Origin: Eledone cirrhosa
Lineage: Eukaryota
Length of the DNA: 64,000 nt
Direction of reading: 5' to 3'
NCBI GenBank assembly: GCA_964016885.1
Contig: OZ024741.1
Location: 229,462,001-229,526,000 of the forward strand
Shown here: piece after piece, positions 54,282-64,000 of the stretch
How the letters are laid out: every line of letters begins with the position of its first letter
How positions within the stretch are numbered: position 1 is the stretch's first letter
Notes under the pieces: generated by a model
Told to the model about the DNA's origin: nothing
Databases searched by the model: none
The model's input: the letters and a program-made list of their open reading frames with translations, nothing else
Made by a program: the position numbers and the translations under genes

Positions 54282-54339
54282 ATACTATGATCATTTCAAT
54301 GACCGGGTTCAGTATGAATCCGGTGACATCAACAGGTAT
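54282..54339 (-). ncRNA. Hammerhead motif with a core substitution (CTGTTGA)
   Basis: ATAC-CTGTTGA-TGTCACCGGATTCA tac TGAACCCGGTCATT-GAAA-TGATCA-TA^GTAT. Confidence 0.65.
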
Positions 54340-54860
54340 TTCAAAATATAACAAAGGAATATAGCAGATAAAATTCATGGGGTTGAAAATCAGAGACAAG
54401 AGGACGACCGACTATTTAGCAGCTTCTCCCTCGGTCGGCCGCCCTCAAGTGTTGATTATTAAGTCTACTTATGACCATCTGGTGAGGTGGCGCAAGCTTA
54501 TAATGTGCTACTATCACCCCGTCAAATAAAAATGTCAGCGTTGAGATCATGCCTCAATCAGGCTGATCATGCGTGCTAGAAATTGCCGCGAAAAATGTAT
54601 TTTCCAAAGAACATATATCTCTTCAACAAAGACATATATAGTGGTGGTATAATGTATGGACAGAAAATTCGGTTAACAATTAGAAACGTTAAACTTATGT
54701 TTAGACTTATAGGATGAAATTAGAAAAAAATACAAAAGTAAGGTTTAGAGTTTAGGTTGTGGGGTTTAGTTAAAGAATTTACAGAAGAAGGCTGTTATGA
54801 AAAAGTTTAAGTGTATTATAGATAGTCACCATAAATTTTCAGGGTAGGATATCGAGTAAA

Positions 54861-55386
54861 GATTAAGCCTTTGTATAGCGGTCAATAACCAGCGACGACT
54901 GCAGACGCGCCGCCAGCCCGCCCTAACCACGTGCCACCCGTTCCGAGTAATATCGTCTAGCGAAAGAAATGGAAATTAATTTTTCCGAGCACTCCAGGAA
55001 TGTAACTGTCTTAGGCGTCGGGTGACTAGCAGGAAGTCCGCCACTGCCGGCTGGCCATCGTATATACCAAACGAATTCTAGTAATTCACACAGGAGGTTA
55101 CGTGCTAGTAGAGGGAGGCATAATACAGCTAATAGTTATGATTAAGCCTAGAATTTAAAGGTACTATTTGGCGGTCAAAGCCGGCGGCGCGGCGGGTTCC
55201 AAGTCCGACAGGGCCCCGGGGCGAAGAATCCATTCCGAGTAATTTCGTTTACCGAAAGAAGGGGAAATATATTTTTCCAAGCACTCAAGGAAGGTTGATC
55301 CACCCGAGCGCCTGGCGTGCAGTCGGGAAAGCCCCCACATCCGTCAGATCATCGCGTGTTACCAAACGATTATTATTTATTCACAC
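54861..55386. repeat. Two diverged GC-rich modules ~290 bp apart, each with hairpin potential
   Basis: Shared anchors GATTAAGCCT, GCGGTCAA, TTCCGAGTAAT.TCG..CGAAAGAA..GGAAAT..TTTTTCC.AGCACTC.AGGAA, CATCG..TACCAAACGA, ATTCACAC. Confidence 0.8.
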
Positions 55387-55610
55387 CCGTGATGTGAGGT
55401 TGAAAACGGTAAAACCCGATGAAATGCCCAAATAGACTATATGAAGTCCCCAGTTAGTCCGGGTTATATGTAGTGTGGTTCTTGGGGTGGGTAGGGGGAG
55501 TGAATAAAGATAAACAGATATAGAGTACAGAGAGTAATATTGAAGGGTCGTGTGCTAATGAGCACAATGATAAGTATATAATGAGAGTAACGCGAGTAAA
55601 TAAATCAATC

Positions 55611-58600
55611 TATCTATATCTATCTATATATATATATATAAATGCAAGTTTACGATTCTGTGTGTCCGCCTAAAACTAGCAAACTACCGGACCAAACTCC
55701 TCAAAATTATATGTACATATTCACTATACACTCGGACAGGTAACGGTCGAAAAAGTTTTACTTTGCAAAGCAAGGAATTCATTTAAAATCAATTTATCTT
55801 ATTTACTAATGAATATCAAAAGAGATCATCCATTTTGTTTTTTATGTTCTCCAGTCTGTAGATAAGAGAGTGGGGATGGGAAGAGAGAGAGAGTAAGGGA
55901 TGAGAGAGAAAGAGAGAGAGTGACAGATGAGAGAGAGAGAGTAAGGGGATTAGAGAGAAAGAGAGAGAGAGTGAGTGGATGGGAGAGAGAGTGTAAGGGG
56001 ATGTGAGAGATAAAGAAAGAGAGTAAGGGATGAGAGAGAGAGAGTGGGAGATGGGAGAGAGAGAGTAAGGGGATGTGAGAGAGAAAGAAAGAGAGTACGG
56101 GGATGAGAGAGAAAGACGATGAAAGGGAGAGAGGAAAAGTATCAAGCTTTCTTAACTTTTATTTATTTATTATTTTTACACACTTTTTAACTATCCCGCT
56201 TCCTTAACGTTATTTATCTTTTCTTTATTTTTTGTTAACTATTCCGTAGAGAGAGGGGGGATGTGAGAGAGAAAAATAGAGAGAGAGAGAGTAATGGGAT
56301 GGGAGAGAAGGAGGGAAGTGGCAAGCGTTCATTAACTTTTATTTATTTATTATTTTTACACACTTCTTAACTCTCCCAATGTTATTTATCTTTTATTTAT
56401 ATTTTGTTTGCTATTGTGTAAGGATGAGAGAGAGAGAAAGAAAGAGAGGAGATGAGAAAGAGAAAAGGAGTGAGGCAGATGGGGAGAAAAAGACAATAAG
56501 AAAAGAGAAAAGATGGGAGAGAGAAAAAAGTAAAGAGGCAGGAGAGAGGGAGGGTGATGGGAGAGATTATTTAACTAACGCGTGTCCGCGTTTATATATA
56601 TATATTTACACACACATACGTGTTATGGGAGGAGGGGCGTTCTTTAGCAGACGATATATGTTACCATCAAAGCTTACTTCCTACATATGTCTAAAGAAAT
56701 CACAGATGCTTTTATAGAAGTTGTATTTAACAGACAAAAAAAAAAAGGTTTTTTAAATGATATTTGAATATATTATCTTCTGCTGTTATTTGAATTAACA
56801 CAGAATATTTTTTTTTGTTATGCTTGTCGTTTTTTTGGATACAATCTGAAATCTCAATATCTTCTACATATGTCTAAAATTAATTACACCTGATATACAT
56901 TCATATAAAGAAATCATTTAAAACAACTTTACTGAGTGAACAATACATTCTATAGTTGTTTCTATTTCGGAAAGAGTGTGGTGTGTAATAATTGTTTCTA
57001 CGTTTGGCACAAGGCCAGCAATTATTACAGTGCATTACTGGTACTTTATTTTATCGTGTGGTGTGTAATAATATCACTTTAACTGCCTAGAAAATGTTCC
57101 AGATCATTATATGGAATGTCATCTTCAGAGGCTAAGAGAAAAAAAACACAGCGATCTGAAGAAAGTGAAGAAGCTCGGCTTGCCCGTCTAGCTGCTAACA
57201 GAGCCCAAACAGCTTTAGCACGAGCACTCCATTTGGATAAAAGGGAACAAAGGACTGCTGCTACACGAAAACAACAAATTAAGGAACAGCAGTAAATCAG
57301 ACGAAATGCTAATCAAGCACATCGTTTCTACTGTCCGCGCAGGAGAACAAGCGACAAGTAAAATGAATGTGCTGATGGGTGCTTTTTCTTATGACCCCCA
57401 AAAGGATTACAGCAGTAATCCACAAATCCACATTGGGAAAATGAACAAATGCTGCCAGTATTGTGGTGCCATGAAGTGAGCAGCAGAAACACCAAGTCTA
57501 TCATGCCGTCATAGTCATAAAGTTACAAGAAATGCTTCACCAACGTCACATGTATGTCAGTGTATTTAAATATGCACTGGAGCATATGAACAACACCAGA
57601 GATCGTAAAATCATCATTAGGGCAGTCAAACGCCCAGCTTCAGAACATGAATGCAGATTCAATGCACCTGTCACTGATGAAGTTGCAATCATAATGGTTG
57701 ATGAACAGCATGAACGGCGTGACATTGTTTTGCAAAAATAAAGTGGACATTTGGAGCGAATTTGTGAAACTCATAGAGCCTATGATTCACTCCAATATCC
57801 GCTCATCTTTTGGAATGGTCAAGATAGATATCATTTTCAGCTACGTCAGATCGGCCCAGGAGCTGGACAAGAAACTGGCCGATCAATCAGCTGCAAAGAA
57901 TTCTATGCTTATCATTTCATGGTACGTGATCACTTCAACCAAGTTCTGCGATTCAAAGAAGTAACCAACCAGTACATGGTGGACATGTAATTCCAAAATT
58001 GAAACAGAAAGATTGGCTTTTCTGCGAAGGAATCAAACTAAGTTGAGGGCAAATAACTACATCCACCTTGGAGATGCCATCAATTCTGATGTTGACCCAA
58101 GAAATATTGGCCAGTCAGTCATACTACCATCAAGCTTCACGGGATGACCACGTACGCAAGATGCAATGGCCTATGTCAGAAAATTTGGTCGGCCAGATCT
58201 CTTCATTACATTTACATGCAATTCAAACAGAAATATGAAATGAATTATTTCAAAATCAAAAACCAAAGGATCGAAATGACCCCATTTCTCGGGATTTCCA
58301 TGAAAAGCAACAAAAAAAAAAACACATCTGGCTCCTAAAAGAAGGAAGAATCTTTGGTGAATTTAGTGCTTGGATGACCACTATTGAGTGGCAGAAGAGA
58401 GGTCTTCCTGACTCTCACACACTAATTTGGTGCAAGGAGAAGATAAGACCAGATTATGTTGATAAGATCATTTCAGCAGAGTTGCCTGATAAAGGTGATG
58501 ATCCAGAGCTCTTTGAAACCATCAAGTCCAAACTCATTCATGGTTCATGTGGAGTCATCAATCCAGCCTATCCCTGCATGAAAGATCAAAAATGCAGCAA

Positions 58601-59520
58601 ACATTATCCTAGAGCTTTTATTCGGGAAACTCGGACTGACAATAATGGATACCCCCTTTATCGTAGGCGATACTGCAAGCCTAACAGTTCGAGGAGAGGA
58701 GCTTACCATAAACAATCAGTGGGTCTTCCCACACAACAAATTGTTGTGTAAACTTTTAAAAACTCATATCAATGTTGAGTATTGCAGCTCTGTCAAGGCA
58801 ATCCTATATGTCACAAAATATATCAACAAGGGCAGTGACATGGCTACCTTTATTACTGACAAAGAACTCACTCAATGATGGTGGACTGGATGAGGTCAGA
58901 CGGTATCAAAACAGGTTGATACATCTCCAGTAATGAAGCGATCTGGCGAATCTTTGGATTTGATATCCACCAACGCCACCCAACAGTCGTCAACCTCGCA
59001 TTCCATATGGAAAATGGACAGAGAGTGTACTTCACTGAGATCACTGATCATCAGTTGGCACAAGCATCTCTTGACACTACACTTACTGCTTTCTTTAAAC
59101 TCTGCCAGAATGATGAATTTGCTGGATCCCTCCTATATGCTGAAGTCGCAACATACTACACCTGGACCAGTTGCAAGACCTGGAATCGAAGAAAGCAGGG
59201 TCATTTAGTGGAAGGTCATGAAGTCAAGTCAAGTGATGCTATTGGGCGTGTTTACAATGTCCATCCCAACAACAGAGAATGTTTTTATTTACGGATACTT
59301 CTGCATACTGTTCGAGGACCAACGTCATTTGAGGATCTTAGATGCTTCAGAGGAAGGGAGTGTGCAACATACCAAGAAGCATGTAAACAGCATGGACTCC
59401 TGCATGACAATGGACACTGGAAGAAGTGCCTAGAAGAAACAGCAATCACTCAAGTAGCCAGTCAAATAAGTTAATTATTTGCAATTATGCTCACAGCATG
59501 TGGAATTTATGAACAGTTGC
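55611..59520 (+). mobile_element. Decayed Helitron (5' end and Rep domain region), 3' truncated
   Basis: TC..TATATATAAA-type start; YDSLQYPLIF..G, ILPSSF.G, RPDLFITFTC, IEWQKRGLP..H, HINVEYC.SVK..YV.KYINKG, E.FYLRILL..VRGPTSFEDLR. Confidence 0.9.
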
Positions 59521-59574
59521 AACATATATATATCTTTAATTTTATGTGTATGATAACCTTTATATTTAATAATC

Positions 59575-59730
59575 TCCCAATTGGTTGAGATTAAATTTGG
59601 CGATATATGGCTGCGCTTTCTAGCAGCAAGCCTACCCGCCGTAAGCAACCAATCACACGCTTTCTCTCTGGCTGGTACACAGCTACATAGCGATTTTTAG
59701 CCATTTTTGAATCTAAATTTGGCGGGATCG
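59575..59730 (+). promoter_or_regulatory. Candidate pseudo-LTR promoter (CCAAT, E2F-like and CHR-like motifs)
   Basis: CCAAT at ~59577 and ~59649, TTTGGCG at ~59596, TTTGAA at ~59706, TTTGGCGGG at ~59718, directly upstream of an HHR; motif match only. Confidence 0.4.
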
Positions 59731-59761
59731 GTTAGAAAAACTAAATGTCTGATTTTGAGTT

Positions 59762-59839
59762 TATCTCCTGAAGAAACCTAACTCTGGAAATCCATATTAT
59801 TTGGATGTCCTAAATAAGGAAGAAACCATGGTAGAGATA
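59762..59839 (+). ncRNA. Type I hammerhead motif
   Basis: TATCTC-CTGAAGA-AACCT..GGA-ATCCA/TGGAT-TCC..AGGAA-GAAA-CCATGG-TA^GAGATA; base of stem II mismatched. Confidence 0.78.
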
Positions 59840-60121
59840 TAATTACGGTATGTGCGCATTTCTTCTAAGTTTAATTTTACTACTAATTGTGTGTGGTTGA
59901 TGGTATATTTGGTCGGATTCTGCATGCTGCCGAAATGTTGGATACATAATGGAACGGGGCTGCTGCGAAGAGGCTACGATCAATTGTTTGTCGGAGATTT
60001 CCCCATAAGAAAATTTATTCTTAAAGCTTGCTAGATTTGATTTTGTATATGGTTAATTATGCTAATTAGAAGAAGAAATAGTATATATTTTAATATCTGA
60101 TGATTCTATAGACATGATTTA

Positions 60122-60169
<48 letters not shown>

Positions 60170-60178
<9 letters not shown>

Positions 60179-60531
60179 TAAACGGAAAAGAAAATGCTGA
60201 TAAATTGTTCCCAGTGAAAAATAGTTTAATTAGGAATAAGTAAAAATTAGTAATAGTATTGGTTAGTATTCAGTTTTGGTTTTAAGTTTTACCGGTTGCG
60301 CATTTCTAATGCTTTTCAAAAATAATTTTGAGATAGAGCGCCCGTGATGTTTGCTCTAATCTGATTAGTTTTGGAAATTCTACCTGTTTTATGTGGAAAA
60401 AAGGGGCTCCAGATGTATTAAAATAAGTTTCTGAAATAAGAGCTGAAAAATATCTTTTAACATGTTAAAATATCCCCCACACACGTACAGACACATTCCT
60501 ACTGACCATCCCTCTACCACGAAATACTCTG

Positions 60532-60598
<67 letters not shown>

Positions 60599-61131
60599 TC
60601 TTTTTAGGCATTTGAACTGTCAACAGGCTGCGGTTCGCACACACATCCCTGCTGACCATTATGACAACAACGAACCTCTTTACTACTACTACTACACACA
60701 CACACACACACACACACATATTTGTTTTGAAAGTCTTATTTTTCAGTGACTTCTCAATCAGCCCACACAAACCTACATTTGGCGCAAAATCAATTTTTAA
60801 CATTCACATGACCTCTACCTACCAATCAAAATTGTTTTGACCACAAAAATTTTTGCAACACAAATTGGCGCGAAACTTATTTTAATACATCTGGAGCCAC
60901 TTTTTTCACATAAAACAGGTAGAATTTCCAAAACTAATCCGATTAGAGCAAACATCACGGGCGCTCTATCTCAAAATTATTTTTGAAAAGCATTAGAAAT
61001 GCGCAACCGGTAAAACTTAAAACCAAAACTGAATACTAACCAATACTATTACTAATTTTTACTTATTCCTAATTAAACTATTTTTCACTAGGAACAATTT
61101 GTCAGCATTTTCTTTTCCGTTACCAATATAT
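60170..61131. mobile_element. Fold-back element with ~260-bp inverted arms
   Basis: ~60170-60431 is the reverse complement of ~60872-61131; spacer holds (CA)n and CCAAT/E2F-like motifs. Confidence 0.85.
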
Positions 61132-61156
61132 CATAACTCGTGTGTTACACCTCTAT

Positions 61157-61188
<32 letters not shown>

Positions 61189-61535
61189 TTCGTTTCTGAA
61201 TTTGTTTAGCAAGATTCTTTATCTGAAATCGTGTGTTGAAACCGATATTGTTATACTTTGGGAGGGTCATGTTGCCAATAAGAAACACACGCACCAGTTG
61301 CTTTCACTTCAATTTATTATATATTTATAAATTTATAAATTTACAAATTTACAAACTTATAAATTTCTGGTTGGTTGGTTGGTTCCACAACCAGATAGTT
61401 GTTTATATATAGTCATAGTCCTTTCGTCACACACTCTGTGACCTCTTCAGTGACTGGGTATTCCTTTCTTTGTTTCTGTGCCTTTCCTTTCTTCTATCCT
61501 ACGCCATTTTGTTTCTGTGTGTGTGTTGTGTGCTC

Positions 61536-62396
61536 TCGGCCATTTCGGACCATACCAAAATCAACATACTGATTGCGGATTTGGTACGGGTGATGAGAAA
61601 TGTGTCCCGCATGTGCAACCCCGAAGAACTAGAGAGACACATACAACACTTCATCCACCGTATGCAGTTCTCTGGCTACAATCAGAGAGATAGAATCAGA
61701 GTGTATAAAGGAGCCAGAACCAAATGGGAAAAAATGGTAAATAATGACATAAATGGGACCTGCCCCTTGTATAGGAGCAAATTTTGGAATAGAATAGAAA
61801 GAACTAGGAACAAGGCCAATAGAATAAACTCATGGTATGATAGCAATAAATAGCAGAGTGTAATGTTCATCAATACAACCCCTAGAGGCGAACTAGCCTA
61901 CAAATTTAGAAGGGCCCTAAATAAACATAAACTCAATATTAAGATAGTAGAAAGACCAGGTACCTCCGTAAAAACACTTATTACCAAGACATACCCGTTC
62001 CAAAGACCCTCATGTATAGATAAGAAATGTATAACCTGTAAAATAAGCCCCCATATTAACTGTAAAACTAGAAATGTAGTGTATAGCATAAGATGTACTG
62101 AAGGACAATGTAGAAACAAAAATATAGTGTACATAGGTGAGACAGCTCGTAGTATAGGGGAACGAATAAATGAACACTGGCGAGACCTCCAAGATAATAA
62201 AGAATCATCTGTGCTCTACCAACATGCTAAGATAGAAAACAGGGGTAGATTAGAGAACATAGAAATAAAAATAGAATCCACACACAGAAAAGATGCACTG
62301 TTTAGGCAAATTACAGAGGCAGTAAGCATAAAAGAATTACAACCAAAATTAAATAGAAAATATGAGTGGAACAGCAACATCACAACTTACAATTAA
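61536..62396 (+). pseudogene. PLE RT thumb + GIY-YIG endonuclease
   Basis: MQFSGY, C..KKC.TC, CKTRNVVYSIRC..YIGETARS..ERINEH..S.L.QH..RQITEAV.I...LNRK.EW; one stop near 61851. Confidence 0.92.
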
Positions 62397-62697
62397 GGAC
62401 AAAATGAAAACACGCACAGGACAAAATGAAAACACACACACACATAGAACAAACAACTTACAATTAAGGACAGAATGAAAACACACACAGGACAAAATGA
62501 AAACACACACACACATAGAACAAACAACCAACCAACAATAAATAAATAAATAAATAAACAAATAGATAAATGAACACAAACACACACAGACACCCGGATG
62601 TGGCGCATGCGCAAACTGAGCACACAACACACACACAGAAACAAAATGGCGTAGGATAGAAGAAAGGAAAGGCACAGAAACAAAGAAAGGAATACCC

Positions 62698-62742
62698 AGT
62701 CACTGAAGAGGTCACAGAGTGTGTGACGAAAGGACTATGACT
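62698..62742 (+). ncRNA. Minimal type I hammerhead in 3' pseudo-LTR
   Basis: AGTCA-CTGAAGA-G-GTCACA gagtg TGTGAC-GAAA-GGAC-TA^TGACT. Confidence 0.85.
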
Positions 62743-62899
62743 ATATATAAACAACTATCTGGTTGTGGAACCAACCAACCAACCATAAATTTATAAGTTT
62801 ATAAATTTTAAATTTATAAATTTATAAATATATAATAAATTGAAGTGAAAGCAACTGGTGCGTGTGTTTCTTATTGGCAACATGACCCTCCCAAAGTAT

Positions 62900-62970
<71 letters not shown>

Positions 62971-62996
62971 TGTAATAAACAACATAAGGCAATTAT

Positions 62997-63054
62997 TCCA
63001 TTTACCAGTGGTTTCTTAAAAGCAAAAGATTTTGCTTTCAATCCTCAGAATGAA
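62997..63054 (-). ncRNA. Type I hammerhead, apparently intact
   Basis: TTCATT-CTGAGGA-TTGAAAGCAAA atct TTTGCTTTTAA-GAAA-CC act GG-TA^AATGGA. Confidence 0.88.
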
Positions 63055-63199
63055 AAAATCCTGGTCTGTTTATTGAATTTGGATTTTAAAAAACAAAAAT
63101 GCAATCTATTTGAAAGTGAGGCTGGAGAAAGAAGAAGGAAAGGAAAAAACAGGTATATATATACAAACGCGCGCACACACATATATAAATAATAACAAT

Positions 63200-63400
63200 A
63201 ATAATAATAATTGTTTCTACTTTTGGCACAAGGCCAGCAATTATCCCAGTGCATTACTGGTACTTTATTTTATCGACCCCGTAAGGGTGAAATGCAAAGT
63301 TAACCTCGGCGGGATTTGAACTCAGAATGGCAAGGGCCGTAACTCTATGCGTCAAAGCATGGCGTCCGACCCTCTACCGATACTGCCCATCCACCACCCT
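63200..63400 (-). mobile_element. Full-length tRNA-type SINE
   Basis: A-box, B-box, core and (TTA)n tail. Confidence 0.88.
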
Positions 63401-63412
63401 ACAATAATAATA

Positions 63413-64000
63413 ATCCGGTCTCTGTAGGCTTTGTGCGCTGGTAAGGACGCGTTTAGCTTCCAGTAGCCGGGTCCTCGTCTATGAAGCATATCTAAGTCAA
63501 GCACACAGATCACGAATTTGTGGTCCGTGTAGCTGACTATCTTGAATTGTGGACAGCCTATGCTAGACCTATCTATTTCCCTACAAAATACTCTATCTAG
63601 ATATGATCTGGATGACCCTATGCGATTTGTCCAAGTCCACATTGGCACATTCGGGAAATCCAATCAGTAGCTGTCAGACAGTTCAAAACGCCTGAGCAGG
63701 TTGGTGAGTCTCTTGCACCCTCCACCCCTATCCGCTAATCCCACACAGTCCCAGCGTGCATTTAAGATCCCGTTCTAGTCGCCCACTAACACTAAAGAGC
63801 GGGACGTTCCAAGAAAGGTCTCCAGACGCCGGAAGAAATCAGGCCACTAGCCTGAAAGCTTGCCCGTCTCCGCTGGTCACGTCCAGCACCACCAACTTAC
63901 CCTCTGGGTCAAGGAAGATGGCCCGTATGGCGAGATCCAAACCTCTCCGAAAAAGCACAGCAACTCCCCCCCCCCCGATCCAGGACGGCTGGGAGATGCG
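63413..64000 (-). pseudogene. Tx1-clade AP endonuclease fragment (runs off window)
   Basis: WTWTNRIGSSRSYLDRV, YTDHK, GPGYWKLN. Confidence 0.9.

Larger units (their letters stand above)
61188..62907 (+). mobile_element. 5'-truncated PLE: inverted pseudo-LTR, RT thumb/GIY-YIG fragment, 3' pseudo-LTR
   Basis: 61188-61535 is an inverted copy of the 3' end; HHRs at 61411-61455 (-) and 62698-62742 (+); (TA)n flanks. Confidence 0.93.

Noticed and set aside
60090-60125. CTGATGA near 60097
   Set aside because: No downstream GAAA or stem III before the (TA)n tract; at best a truncated remnant

Overview
Eukaryotic, AT- and microsatellite-rich DNA with no recognisable host protein-coding gene. The SINE families and repeat mix resemble an octopus or other coleoid cephalopod genome (inference). 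The window is a mosaic of decayed mobile elements: Penelope-like elements (PLEs; RT and GIY-YIG), Tx1/L1-clade, RTE, CR1, CRE-like and R4-like non-LTR retrotransposons, Helitron fragments, a hAT transposon, hAT MITEs and many tRNA-type SINEs. The main signal the ORF track misses is about 20 type I hammerhead ribozyme (HHR) motifs from roughly nine sequence families, all folded by eye. Some lie in PLE pseudo-LTRs. Others lie in ORF-less, terminally redundant monomers of 698 and 532 nt inserted in (TA)n, which look like retrozymes. One family has a large branched stem II supported by compensatory changes. Also notable are a duplicated GC-rich structured-RNA candidate next to an HHR, promoter-like motif clusters upstream of several HHRs, and two Tx1 elements inserted in tandem at one 14-bp target.
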